From Thermodesulfobacteriota bacterium (GTDB taxonomy: Bacteria > Desulfobacterota > Anaeroferrophillalia > Anaeroferrophillales > Tharpellaceae): DNA of 62,565 nt. Numbering within the stretch: the first letter of the stretch is position 1; every line of letters starts with the position of its first letter. Positions 9,224 to 19,161 of this stretch are shown here, piece after piece. Below the pieces are notes generated by a model. The model did no database searches, was not told where the DNA came from, and saw only the letters and a program-made list of their open reading frames with translations. Made by a program: the position numbers and the translations under genes. The stretch covers positions 1-62,565 of the forward strand of contig JANTGZ010000003.1 in assembly GCA_024762675.1 (NCBI GenBank), read 5' to 3'.

Positions 9224-10987
9224 ATGAATGCCTTAAACTCTAAACTGCCGTTTTACCTTAAGTATCGTTACAAACTTCTGCTTATCGCCTTATTCATAAC
9301 CGCTTACATCCTCCCTTTAGGAGCACGCCCCCTGATAATTCCCGACGAAACCCGTTATGCTGAAGTCCCCCGGGAAATGATTGCCTCAGGGGACTGGATA
9401 GCGCCCCACCTTAACGGCATGCGCTACTTTGAAAAACCGGTTCTCGGTTACTGGGTACATGCCATCTCCATTCGTCTGTTTGGAGAGAATAATTTTGCCG
9501 TACGCCTGCCATCACCATTGACGGTTGGCCTCTCAGCCATCTTGATCTTCTTTCTGATTTACCGTTCGCTCCATCATGAAGAGGAAAATTATGATGACGA
9601 TTATTACTACAATGAAGATGAAGAAAATCATCAAGACTCGATAAAACCAAATCATATCAGCTTTTTGGCTACATTTATATTCTTGGTCTGCTTTGAAGTC
9701 TTCGGGGTCGGCAATACAGCCGTTTTAGACAACCTACTGGCCCTTTTTCTGACGGCTACCATTGTCTTTTTTTATTTTGCCAGCGAATCAATCCCGGGCT
9801 CAAGATCAGAGACCATCTACCTTATATTCTCTGGTGTCGCCTGCGGCCTGGCCTTTTTGACGAAAGGTTTTCTCGCTTTTACCGTGCCCATTTTAACACT
9901 CGGCGCCTATCTGATCTGGGAGCGCCGCTACCGTGATCTCTTGCACATGAGTTGGCTACCCCTGCTGACTGCCGTGGTGGTCTCTTTGCCCTGGAGTATT
10001 ATGATTCATTTTCGTGAACCTGACTTCTGGAACTTCTTTTTCTGGAACGAGCATGTTCGCCGTTTACTGGGCGGAAACGCCCAACATAAAGAGACATTTT
10101 TCTATTATTTTATAATCGCACCAGGCGTGATAATGCCCTGGACATTTGTCACTCCGGTAGCCTTTTCCGGCATTAAGGAACGTTTCCGGGAACTGGGGGT
10201 CGAAGGCCGCCTGATTCGTCTGGCTCTCTGCTGGCTGATTCTGCCCTTCATATTATTCTCCTGCGCCAGTGGTAAATTACTCACCTATATCCTGCCTTGC
10301 TTCCCCCCCTTTGCTATACTGATGGCATTTGGCCTGTCACAGGGGCTGGAAAAAGTTCGGTGGAGGAAATCGTTCGACCGAGGCGCTCTCTTTACGGCAA
10401 TACTTTTCGGCCTAATTCTACTGGCTTTTGTCAGCGTTCAAATTGTCAACGCTTTTGGGCTTCGCCCTTATAGTCAACCCTGGAAATTATTATTGGGCAT
10501 CAATGCTTTAGTTGCTGCAATTATACTGTTTAATATCTCTGCTCAAAGCCGCAAGAAAATTTCCAAAATAATCCTCTTAGGCCTGGCCCCTTGGCTCCTG
10601 TTTATGTCCGTCCATTTCATCCTCCCCGATCTAACCATTGAAAAAAAAGCCCCAGGACCCTTGCTGGAGCATTTCCAGCAAGGGCTTGCACCGAAAACTA
10701 TTATTTTCACAGAAAAGAGATTAATCAGAGCAGTCTGCTGGTACCTGAAGAGGGATGACATCTATATTGTCGGACGAAGCGGTGAATTAGAATATGGTTT
10801 AACCTATAAAGAGGACGCCAACCGGCGTATGGATCTGGTGTCAGCAGCAGAGTTTATCAGAAAACATCCCGGACAAGCAGTATTAATTGCAAGAATGAAA
10901 AAACTCAGCGAATGGAGTAAATACCTGCCGCTACCAGTTAAAAAGGTTAATAATGGAGCTCAAGGCGTCGGCATATGGAAATTTTAA
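9224..10987 (+). CDS. arnT: 4-amino-4-deoxy-L-arabinose transferase, copy 1
   Basis: PDETRYAEVPREM, YFEKPVLGYW, FAVRLPS, FLTKGFLA and KLLTYILPCFPP motifs. ATG 9224 preferred over GTG 9161. Confidence 0.85.
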   Translation: MNALNSKLPFYLKYRYKLLLIALFITAYILPLGARPLIIPDETRYAEVPREMIASGDWIAPHLNGMRYFEKPVLGYWVHAISIRLFGENNFAVRLPSPLTVGLSAILIFFLIYRSLHHEEENYDDDYYYNEDEENHQDSIKPNHISFLATFIFLVCFEVFGVGNTAVLDNLLALFLTATIVFFYFASESIPGSRSETIYLIFSGVACGLAFLTKGFLAFTVPILTLGAYLIWERRYRDLLHMSWLPLLTAVVVSLPWSIMIHFREPDFWNFFFWNEHVRRLLGGNAQHKETFFYYFIIAPGVIMPWTFVTPVAFSGIKERFRELGVEGRLIRLALCWLILPFILFSCASGKLLTYILPCFPPFAILMAFGLSQGLEKVRWRKSFDRGALFTAILFGLILLAFVSVQIVNAFGLRPYSQPWKLLLGINALVAAIILFNISAQSRKKISKIILLGLAPWLLFMSVHFILPDLTIEKKAPGPLLEHFQQGLAPKTIIFTEKRLIRAVCWYLKRDDIYIVGRSGELEYGLTYKEDANRRMDLVSAAEFIRKHPGQAVLIARMKKLSEWSKYLPLPVKKVNNGAQGVGIWKF

Positions 10988-11068
10988 AGTAAGCCGTATA
11001 CTGCATTTATCAAGTAATATTCTCAGCAAATTTAATAGCTCTTTAAAAAATCATTTAAAACTTCATCT

Positions 11069-11101
11069 ACTAATTCTCTCCTAAGTTTGAACCTGTAAAC
11101 A
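11069..11101 (+). promoter_or_regulatory. Direct-repeat box B, second copy
   Basis: ACTAAT (11069)-N5-CCTAAGTTT (11080). TAAACA at 11096 has the same offset as in the 9083 copy. Confidence 0.45.
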
Positions 11102-11156
11102 TCTTCCAGATTCTCACAATAAAGTGAGCTTCATTAGACACTATGGAGGTTATATT

Positions 11157-11495
11157 ATGAAACATTTCAAGAAAGTAACTATCATCGTCACAATTTTTCT
11201 GGCAGTTGTCGGAATCTCTTTCACGACTTACGCCGAGTCACAGGATACCAATGACGCAACCGGAGTTATTGATGCCGCAATCACATTGGATCAGGCTGCG
11301 GCTGCGGCTTTGGAAGTTATCCCCGGTACAGTAGCAAAAATTGAATTCTCGGATGATGACGATATCGCCGTATGGGAGATAGAGGTTGTTGACAATCAAA
11401 GCATTACTCACGATATTGAGATTGATGCAAACTCAGGAACTATTATCAAAAATGAGATTGACCAAAACGACAACTCTGATGACCATGACGATTAA
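11157..11495 (+). CDS. PepSY-domain periplasmic protein
   Basis: GGAGG RBS, signal peptide, ITLDQAAAAAL...PG.V..IE....WEIEV....DIEIDANSG.II, acidic tail. Confidence 0.85.
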   Translation: MKHFKKVTIIVTIFLAVVGISFTTYAESQDTNDATGVIDAAITLDQAAAAALEVIPGTVAKIEFSDDDDIAVWEIEVVDNQSITHDIEIDANSGTIIKNEIDQNDNSDDHDD

Positions 11496-11504
11496 AGCAC
11501 TAAG

Positions 11505-13334
11505 GTGGTTAAGAATATGACTCACAGTAGGCTGCCAGAGAATAGAATTATCAGAGGAATAAGGTTGAAAACACTTATTCTTGCAGGTCTCATTATCAGT
11601 TTGTTCCAATTCATAGCCCCGCTCCAGGCCGCAACATCCTGGAATATCTTGACCAAGACCATTCAAAAACACCTGAACAGCGGCAATGAGGTTGTCGGCA
11701 ATATTGTCTTGGTGCAGGGTGCGACTGCCATCATAAAATTACAAGGACAGGACATTACAGTTGGTAACACTCTGGTGGTTAAAGGTAAAAGTCTCCCCGG
11801 AGTGCCACTCTCTCTCCAGAATAATATTGCCTGGATCCGCATAACTCAATTTATTGGCCAGCAGGCCCGGGGGACAATTCTACCAGGCTCGCAAAGCATT
11901 CCTCCACAATCACTACTTTTCCACAAGGGGCACAACCAGGTCTACCTCTACAGCAATCTGGCAGAACCTCAGCATCTGAAAGCCTACCAGGATTTAACGC
12001 GAGCATTACAAAACCACCATATCCCATACACGATCAAAACCTGGCCCCAACTTTGTACTCCTGATACACCCGGAATCACCCCTCTGATAATAATTTTCGA
12101 AACCGAGGGTAAGCAAGCTTTCTGTCGTTTAAGCGACCGTGACCAGAATATCTTTTTCCAAAATAGTTTTGCCCTTAACCTGACACCGGCAACCACCCGC
12201 AAAGCCGGAGGAAGTTTCTCTCAGACCAACTCTTTCAACAATGTTTCAACCCCGCCAATCAACAGAGAGCACTCATTTACTAAAGCCACAAGTGCGGCAC
12301 CCGGCACTCGGCCGTACGGCAAAGTCAAACTTAAAAATCCATATAATCGGCTGATTTTTGCTGACTTCGATAAAGAGACGGGACCGGAACTTATTCTTCT
12401 CAACAATCAATGGCTTGAGTTATATCATCTCATAAATCTTAAACTAATCCCGGTGACCCGCTATCATCTGCCGAAAAAAGACTTTATTCCACTCCATCTT
12501 CACGCCGGCGATTTCAATCATAATGGCCAGGACGAACTCTACCTGACTCTTGGTCGGCCAACTGTTGTGGATGGTAAAAAAGATACTTTTCTCAGTTCAA
12601 TAATCATCGAAAACCAGGGAAAGAGCCCAAAAGTTTTAGCAAAAAATCTACCCTACTATTTTCGCGTTCTTGAACAACGTGATGGTAAAAGAGTATTGCT
12701 GGCGCAAAAAATGGGTGAGTTCAAACAATATAGAACCCCGATCTGGTGGGCAAAACTCTCTGAGGGTAAATTTGAGGTGCGCAGCACCTTTCGTCAGGGT
12801 CGTGACATCTTCTCTCTCTACAATTTCAATTTAAGCCCTTTCAACAAAGAACATCTTCTGATTATTGATGAACATGGCAACCTCGCCGGATTTAATGCCA
12901 AAGATTCTGAACTGATAGTCAGTGCTGACAGCCAATATGGGGTCTTTGATGAAAGTCCATATAATCAAAAACTTAAAGAGATTGAATATGAGGGTGGTTT
13001 TTCCGTTACCAAAAGCTCTGACATTCGTTACACCGCCAGACGTTTTGTCAAACGTAAGCGCGACGGCCAACAAATCTTTATCATTAAGAAAGGCCGGGCC
13101 GTAAACCCCAGTTTAGGCGAAAAAGGAGTGGCTCTGGTCAGCAATGGGGAAACCCGACACGACCAGATTATAGGCCTGCAGTGGCGTAACGACGAAATCA
13201 TCGAAAGCTGGAAATCGCCAAAATTACCTCGTGATATTGTCGATTTTGCCTTCACAAAAGAGAGCGACAAAGAGCTGATGGTAGTCATGACCCGTAATCG
13301 TGATGGTAAATACGCCTTGGAGTTGTTGCATTAA
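11505..13334 (+). CDS. Secreted FG-GAP/VCBS-repeat protein
   Basis: Signal-like N-terminus, ADFDKETGPELILL and AGDFNHNGQDELYLT repeats. Start may be ATG 11517. Confidence 0.7.
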   Translation: MVKNMTHSRLPENRIIRGIRLKTLILAGLIISLFQFIAPLQAATSWNILTKTIQKHLNSGNEVVGNIVLVQGATAIIKLQGQDITVGNTLVVKGKSLPGVPLSLQNNIAWIRITQFIGQQARGTILPGSQSIPPQSLLFHKGHNQVYLYSNLAEPQHLKAYQDLTRALQNHHIPYTIKTWPQLCTPDTPGITPLIIIFETEGKQAFCRLSDRDQNIFFQNSFALNLTPATTRKAGGSFSQTNSFNNVSTPPINREHSFTKATSAAPGTRPYGKVKLKNPYNRLIFADFDKETGPELILLNNQWLELYHLINLKLIPVTRYHLPKKDFIPLHLHAGDFNHNGQDELYLTLGRPTVVDGKKDTFLSSIIIENQGKSPKVLAKNLPYYFRVLEQRDGKRVLLAQKMGEFKQYRTPIWWAKLSEGKFEVRSTFRQGRDIFSLYNFNLSPFNKEHLLIIDEHGNLAGFNAKDSELIVSADSQYGVFDESPYNQKLKEIEYEGGFSVTKSSDIRYTARRFVKRKRDGQQIFIIKKGRAVNPSLGEKGVALVSNGETRHDQIIGLQWRNDEIIESWKSPKLPRDIVDFAFTKESDKELMVVMTRNRDGKYALELLH

Positions 13335-13390
13335 GATTTCTACAGATTGACTTGTCGCCAGCAAATTTGATTTAAATATCGGGAGTTATT

Positions 13391-15133
13391 TTGCCAAATA
13401 GACGATTAAACATATGCAAACAATTGGTGTTTTTCGGCCTTCTAATAGTTGTTACGCAAATCATTGCGCCGCCAATTTTTGCCAGCGCACAGACGGCCCG
13501 ATTCAAGCCCTTATCCGGTTATCTGGTACAAGTTGATTCTGCGGGAATCGTGATTGATTGCGGTCAGCAAAAAGGTGTGGCCAGCGGCGATCTTTTCACC
13601 GTACTGGCCCCTGGAAAACCACTTATGCACCCGGTAACCGGCCAAGCATTGGGAACCAGGGAGAGACTCCTGGCCGTTTTAAAAGTAACCCGGGTCGCAG
13701 AAGATTATGCCATCTGCAGCCCCCTCAAACGTTATCTCAGGGTACCGATTAAAGCGGGCTCTCCAGTAAAGCGTTTCGCAAGCATGGCAGCACTTTTTAT
13801 TGATTTTAACGGCAATGGTATTGAAGTTTTCTCACATTTACGGGAAGCTCTCCCCCAACTCAACTGGGCTGATTACAAAACTGGTCTTAAACTTCAGCAG
13901 ACGTTGCACCAACCGGGAGGACCAGGAAGCTTGGGTTATGATCTTTATGTTGTAAATAAGGGGCATAATCTCACTATTTACAATAGCGACAATGAGCTGG
14001 TTCGGGCCATGAATGCAAGCTCGCTTTCCCCCTACAGCAATCTGGTGGACCAGCCGGGTAAAAGCAGCTCTCACAAAAACAAACAAGGCAAATACACTCT
14101 ATCTACTACCAACTCTGAGAAAGCAATACTTACCCGATATCGCCAGATTGCCAAATTAAACCTGGTCGTCAAGGGCATGTCGATCGGAGAGCTTGATAAT
14201 GATGGCAAGCCTGAAATAATTTTTACCGATGGCGAGCAAATCTATGTCTATCAGCTTAGCGAACTTGGCCTAAAATTTTGTTACAGATATCATTTTGACA
14301 AGTGGGGCAGTATTGTTAACCTTCAAGTCGGCGATATCACCGGTGACCACATTGATGAGATTATGGTCAACACCTTTAAGGAGAGTGAGGATGGTTTTTC
14401 ATCTTTTGTAATTGCTAAAGATAGAGGGAAATACCGGATTGTAGCCGATAATATCCCGTTCATAATGGGTTTGCTGGGAGGCCGATCGATAGCCGACAAA
14501 GGAGTCTATTTTGTGGGCCAGGGTTTTGCGGAGGGGGAGTTTTACGACCATTTGGTTTCTCGCCTGCAATTTAAACCCGGCAGCATCTCTTCGCACGGCA
14601 AATTTACCGTTCCCACAGGATTTACCTTGCCTGGAGCGGTTTATGATGACATCAATAATGACCGGATAAAAGAGCTCTGTTTTATCAACAAACAAAACTA
14701 TCTCGAAATATATCAAGGCAGTAAACGCCTGTGGGTCAGCGATGAGCGGGTGGCGGGTTCGCTGCAAAATGTCCAATACGAGGTTGGGACCCAGCGCGTA
14801 AGCTACACCGAAAAACGGCAGATAAATTCACCACTAATAGTCCATGACATCAATAACAACGGGATAAAAGAGTTACTTTTGATTGATAACAAATCCGACA
14901 TGTCAACCTCTCTAGGTGAATATGGTTTTCTTAGCCATGGGCATATCAAAATGCTTAGAAGCAACGGTGATAATTACATCATACAGAAGATGACTGGCCA
15001 TCTTAGCGGCCCGGTCCAAGGCCTGCAGATTGTCAATAATGAACTGATCTGTGCCATGGTCAAACGTGGTGATGATTTGATGAAACTTTCCGGATCTACC
15101 TATTTGCTGGCCTTTCCCTTAGCACAAAGGTAA
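13391..15133 (+). CDS. Secreted FG-GAP/VCBS-repeat protein with FlgT-C-like N-terminal beta domain
   Basis: IDCGQQKGVASGDLFTV...HPVTG..LG, plus several DxDxDG-like repeats (GELDNDGKPEI, GDITGDHIDEI, DDINNDRIKEL, HDINNNGIKEL). Confidence 0.75.
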   Translation: MPNRRLNICKQLVFFGLLIVVTQIIAPPIFASAQTARFKPLSGYLVQVDSAGIVIDCGQQKGVASGDLFTVLAPGKPLMHPVTGQALGTRERLLAVLKVTRVAEDYAICSPLKRYLRVPIKAGSPVKRFASMAALFIDFNGNGIEVFSHLREALPQLNWADYKTGLKLQQTLHQPGGPGSLGYDLYVVNKGHNLTIYNSDNELVRAMNASSLSPYSNLVDQPGKSSSHKNKQGKYTLSTTNSEKAILTRYRQIAKLNLVVKGMSIGELDNDGKPEIIFTDGEQIYVYQLSELGLKFCYRYHFDKWGSIVNLQVGDITGDHIDEIMVNTFKESEDGFSSFVIAKDRGKYRIVADNIPFIMGLLGGRSIADKGVYFVGQGFAEGEFYDHLVSRLQFKPGSISSHGKFTVPTGFTLPGAVYDDINNDRIKELCFINKQNYLEIYQGSKRLWVSDERVAGSLQNVQYEVGTQRVSYTEKRQINSPLIVHDINNNGIKELLLIDNKSDMSTSLGEYGFLSHGHIKMLRSNGDNYIIQKMTGHLSGPVQGLQIVNNELICAMVKRGDDLMKLSGSTYLLAFPLAQR

Positions 15134-15221
15134 AAACTGACTACATTCACACCCAAAGAGTACTTCCTTGCTAAGCTCACGGCAGTAGTCGAGGCAATTG
15201 GCGGGTTTGCTGCTGCCCGCT

Positions 15222-15259
15222 AAATCTTCATAAAATCTTCACTGTCAACCTGATAAACA
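15222..15259 (+). promoter_or_regulatory. Direct-repeat box A with -10-like element
   Basis: AAATCTTCA at 15222 and 15233 (11-bp period), TGnTAAACA at 15251-15259. Confidence 0.6.
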
Positions 15260-15326
15260 ACTCCCCCATCTACGCAAATCTCTGTAACGAACGCAAATCC
15301 ACGGCCAACACCTGGTATTTTCCTGT

Positions 15327-17243
15327 ATGAAAAAATTAAAACTTATTTTCGCAAGTCGTCACCAGATTATTTTACTTTTTGCGGGCATCGCTCTCGCAGG
15401 TTTTACCCTTTTGCGAGCCTTGCTAATGCTCTTGAACTGGTCCGACATTGACCATACATTAAGCTCTTTGCTCTATGTGTATGGTAGCGGATTTGTCTAT
15501 GATGTTGCTTTTATAATTTATTTCAGCCTCTTTTTTTCATTCATATTGCTGATCTTACCAAAGTGGTTTTTCAAGAGTCGCTTCAACACCATCATACTAA
15601 CCCCCGGGGTCACTTTCCTATTATTGTATGGCTACTATTTTACGCTTTTAGCTGAAGGGATATTCTGGGATGAGTTCCATACCAGATTTAACTTTATTGC
15701 CATCGACTACTTGATTTACAGCCATGAAGTGACACATAATATTTATGAATCATATCCTCTTTTCACCCTGTTGGCAGCGATTTTTGGAGCTGCTGGGATT
15801 AGTTTTTATTTTATCAGAAAACCTTTAAAAAAATTCCTGGCAACATCCGAACCGCTGGGTCGGCGAGCTGGTTTTACTGCGGTTCTGGTGATGGCCGCCG
15901 GTTTATCCTATTTGTTGCTTGGCCAACCCTTAAAAGAGTTATCTCAGAATAATTACTGCAATGAACTGGCCGCCAACGGCCCCTATCAATTTGTTGCCGC
16001 TTTCCGTAATAACAGACTTGACTACCGCTCTTTTTATGCCCTGGGAAACGACCAACAGCTTTCGGCAAGGTTGAAACAGATGGTTTTTCAGAAAAACTCA
16101 CAACCCTTACCTAAAGAGACGCTTTACAATCTTGAACGTATAAACACAAACCCGGCACCAGAAAAAAAATTAAACGTTTTTTTGATCACAGTTGAAAGTT
16201 TAAGTGCCATTTATTTAAGCAGATTCGGTAAAAGTCAAGATATCACACCATTTCTTGATCAGTGGTTTGGGCAGGGTTTACTTTTCACTAATTTTTATGC
16301 GACCGGCACACGCACCACCCGCGGTTTGGAGGCCATATCTTTATCCCTGCCGCCCACTCCAGGCCGCTCTCTGGTCAAACGGCCGGATGGGCCGAAACTA
16401 TTCTCCCTGGGAGAGGTTTTTAAAAAACATGGTTACGATGTTGCTTTCCTCTATGGCGGACGTGGTTTTTTCGAAAATATGAACTATTTTTTTTCAAATT
16501 ACGGTTATCGTTGCGTAGATCAGACTGATTTTTCCTCACCTGAAATCACATTCAGCAATGCCTGGGGCGTCTGTGACGGCGATCTCTATAATAAAGCGAT
16601 GACTGAAGCTGACCACAATTTTGCCAAAGGGCAGCCATTTTTCTTTCATTTGATGACCACCAGCAACCATCGTCCCTACACCTATCCCGAGGGTAAAATT
16701 GATATCCCATCCGGTCATGGCCGGTCGGGGGCTGTCAAGTACACCGATTACGCTTTCAAAGAATTTATCGCTCAAGCCAAACTCCGGCCCTGGTTTCGAA
16801 ATACTATCTTTGTCGTAGTCGCCGACCACTGCGCTCATAGTGCCGGAAAAACCGGACTACCCGTAAGCAAATACCACATCCCCTTATTTATCTATGCTCC
16901 TTTCCATATCAAAGCAGGAGAAAACAATAAACTTGCCAGCCAGATAGATATTGGACCAACTATTCTCGGTCTGCTCAATTTTTCTTACCAAAGTCCTTTT
17001 TTCGGTCAGGATATTCTCCGTCCTGACTTTAAACCGCGAGCCCTGATTGCCAATTACGTAAAATTAGGTCTGCTCAGAGATGATAAATTGTTGGTTTTGT
17101 CACCCCGGCAAAAGATTACATTGCAGAAAAAACCCTACGATACAAGTATAGAAATCGACCCCGTCAATGCCCTGGTCAGAGATTGTCAGGCATTTTATCA
17201 AGGTGCCGACCATATTATCACCCAGGCTAAAGCCTTAAAGTAA
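15327..17243 (+). CDS. LTA synthase / phosphoglycerol transferase-family membrane sulfatase
   Basis: N-terminal TM helices, then NVFLITVESLS, catalytic GTRTTRG, TTSNHRPY, VVADH and ASQIDI.PT. Confidence 0.9.
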   Translation: MKKLKLIFASRHQIILLFAGIALAGFTLLRALLMLLNWSDIDHTLSSLLYVYGSGFVYDVAFIIYFSLFFSFILLILPKWFFKSRFNTIILTPGVTFLLLYGYYFTLLAEGIFWDEFHTRFNFIAIDYLIYSHEVTHNIYESYPLFTLLAAIFGAAGISFYFIRKPLKKFLATSEPLGRRAGFTAVLVMAAGLSYLLLGQPLKELSQNNYCNELAANGPYQFVAAFRNNRLDYRSFYALGNDQQLSARLKQMVFQKNSQPLPKETLYNLERINTNPAPEKKLNVFLITVESLSAIYLSRFGKSQDITPFLDQWFGQGLLFTNFYATGTRTTRGLEAISLSLPPTPGRSLVKRPDGPKLFSLGEVFKKHGYDVAFLYGGRGFFENMNYFFSNYGYRCVDQTDFSSPEITFSNAWGVCDGDLYNKAMTEADHNFAKGQPFFFHLMTTSNHRPYTYPEGKIDIPSGHGRSGAVKYTDYAFKEFIAQAKLRPWFRNTIFVVVADHCAHSAGKTGLPVSKYHIPLFIYAPFHIKAGENNKLASQIDIGPTILGLLNFSYQSPFFGQDILRPDFKPRALIANYVKLGLLRDDKLLVLSPRQKITLQKKPYDTSIEIDPVNALVRDCQAFYQGADHIITQAKALK

Positions 17244-17273
17244 TTTCGCATAATTAAAAAAATGGGGGGATAG

Positions 17274-17891
17274 ATGTTTCACCAGTTAGTTACATGGATA
17301 GTCAGCACGGTTGGTCAATGGGGGTATCCGGGCATCATCATACTTATGGCCCTGGAATCCTCTTTTTTCCCATTCCCCAGTGAAGTCGTAATTCCGCCAG
17401 CCGCCTATCTTGCAGTCAGTGGCCAGATGAATATCGGCATGGTTATTCTCTGCGGCACTATGGGCAGTCTACTGGGGGCGATCTTCAACTATGTGATTGC
17501 CCTAAGATTTGGGAGACCGTTTTTTGCAAGATATGGACGCTATATTCTGGTCAGTCCTAAATCATTGGAAAAAGCGGACCTTTTTTTTAACCGCCACGGG
17601 CATATCAGCACATTTATCGGACGCCTGCTCCCCGGACTTCGCCAATATATTTCACTACCGGCCGGCCTGGCCCGGATGAATATTTTTACTTTTTGCATAG
17701 CTACGGCTCTCGGTGCGGGTATCTGGGTAGTGATATTGGCAGCTATGGGTTACTGGTTCGGCCGCAACGAACAACTGATTCTACAAAACCTGCACTGGGT
17801 CACTCTGGCTCTTCTGTCAGGTTGCGCCATCGCCGCAACCCTTTACTGGTGGCGCTGGAAAAACCGTACTGAAGATACTTCCAGAGATTAA
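17274..17891 (+). CDS. DedA-family membrane protein (candidate undecaprenyl-phosphate flippase)
   Basis: [13 protein letters not shown] and [16 protein letters not shown] motifs. Confidence 0.92.
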   Translation: MFHQLVTWIVSTVGQWGYPGIIILMALESSFFPFPSEVVIPPAAYLAVSGQMNIGMVILCGTMGSLLGAIFNYVIALRFGRPFFARYGRYILVSPKSLEKADLFFNRHGHISTFIGRLLPGLRQYISLPAGLARMNIFTFCIATALGAGIWVVILAAMGYWFGRNEQLILQNLHWVTLALLSGCAIAATLYWWRWKNRTEDTSRD

Positions 17892-17925
17892 TCTTCACCA
17901 TTTCTTCATATTAAAATGGTATACT
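17892..17925 (+). promoter_or_regulatory. Direct-repeat box A and -10 of the arn operon promoter
   Basis: TCTTCA at 17892 and 17903 (11-bp period), extended -10 TGG-TATACT at 17917-17925. Confidence 0.65.
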
Positions 17926-17963
17926 TTAGCCCTTTTAATTGATATTATCAATCACATACCACC

Positions 17964-17988
17964 AACACTTAACACTTAACACTTAACA
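17964..17988 (+). repeat. Heptamer tandem repeat (AACACTT)x3.5 in the arnB leader
   Basis: AACACTT AACACTT AACACTT AACA. Confidence 0.85.
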
Positions 17989-18012
17989 GGAGTTTCAATC
18001 AAAGGCGCGAAC

Positions 18013-19161
18013 ATGAGAACAAACTTTCTACCGTTTTCCAAGCCATCCATCAGTGAACCGGAGATCGCAGAAGTCAGCAAAATTTTACGCTCGGGCTGGA
18101 TCACAACAGGTGCCAAGGCCACTGAGTTTGAAGAAGCTTTTCAGAAATATTGTACAGCTGATGGGGCGGTGGCACTAAATTCTGCTACTGCAGGCATGCA
18201 CCTATTATTGAGCGCCATGGATATTGGCCCGGGCGATGAGGTAATCACTCCCTCAATGACCTGGGTCTCCACGGTAAACCTGATTAAACTGGCTGGTGCC
18301 ACCCCGGTTTTTGCCGATATAGACCAGGATACACTAATGGTTTCGGCAAGAACCGTCGCTCCACTTATCAACGACCGTACCCGCCTGATTATTCCGGTTC
18401 ATTTTGCTGGAGCCGCACTGGATCTGAAACCTTTACAAAAACTGGCAGCCGAAAAGCAGATCAAACTGGTAGAAGATGCTGCTCATGCCGTCGGCACTGA
18501 ATACCATGGGGTTAAAATCGGTCAACAGGGAACCGCCATTTTTTCTTTTCACCCGATCAAAAATATGACCTGTGGTGAAGGCGGCATGTTCTGCTCAGAC
18601 GATGCCGAATTGCTGGCCCATATCCGGCGCCTGAAATTCCATGGCCTCGGAGTCGACGCTTACGACCGTAACGTTCAGGGTCGAGCGCCGCAGGCCGAAG
18701 TCATGGAACCAGGTTTCAAATACAATCTGACCGATATTGCCGCAAGTCTGGGATTAGGACAATTAGCTCGGTTAGACAGCTTTATTGAGAAACGCACCCT
18801 CCTGGCCCGGCGCTATCTGGAGCTTCTTGCTGACATTGAAGAAATTTCACCTTTAACTGTACCATCCTACCCAATGCGCCACGCCTGGCACCTTTTCATA
18901 ATTCGCCTTAAAAACAACCGTTCCGGCATAGATCGAGAAACCTTTATGATGGAGTTAAAGAGCCGTAATATCGGTAGCGGTATCCATTTCAAAGCCGTGC
19001 ACACACAAAAATTCTACCGGGAAACCCTGCCTCAGGCAAAAAATGCACTGCCGGTTACGGAGTGGAATTCAGAACGTATCTGCTCTTTGCCCCTGTTTCC
19101 CGATATGACTCTGGAAGATGTTGATGATGTAGTTGCAGCCATCAAGGAGGTACTGGCGTGA
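18013..19161 (+). CDS. arnB: UDP-4-amino-4-deoxy-L-arabinose aminotransferase
   Basis: [43 protein letters not shown]; operon context. Confidence 0.95.
   Translation: MRTNFLPFSKPSISEPEIAEVSKILRSGWITTGAKATEFEEAFQKYCTADGAVALNSATAGMHLLLSAMDIGPGDEVITPSMTWVSTVNLIKLAGATPVFADIDQDTLMVSARTVAPLINDRTRLIIPVHFAGAALDLKPLQKLAAEKQIKLVEDAAHAVGTEYHGVKIGQQGTAIFSFHPIKNMTCGEGGMFCSDDAELLAHIRRLKFHGLGVDAYDRNVQGRAPQAEVMEPGFKYNLTDIAASLGLGQLARLDSFIEKRTLLARRYLELLADIEEISPLTVPSYPMRHAWHLFIIRLKNNRSGIDRETFMMELKSRNIGSGIHFKAVHTQKFYRETLPQAKNALPVTEWNSERICSLPLFPDMTLEDVDDVVAAIKEVLA

Noticed and set aside
17964-17988. CTTAAC repeats as a PmrA box
   Set aside because: The period is 7 bp, not the 11 bp of a PmrA box.
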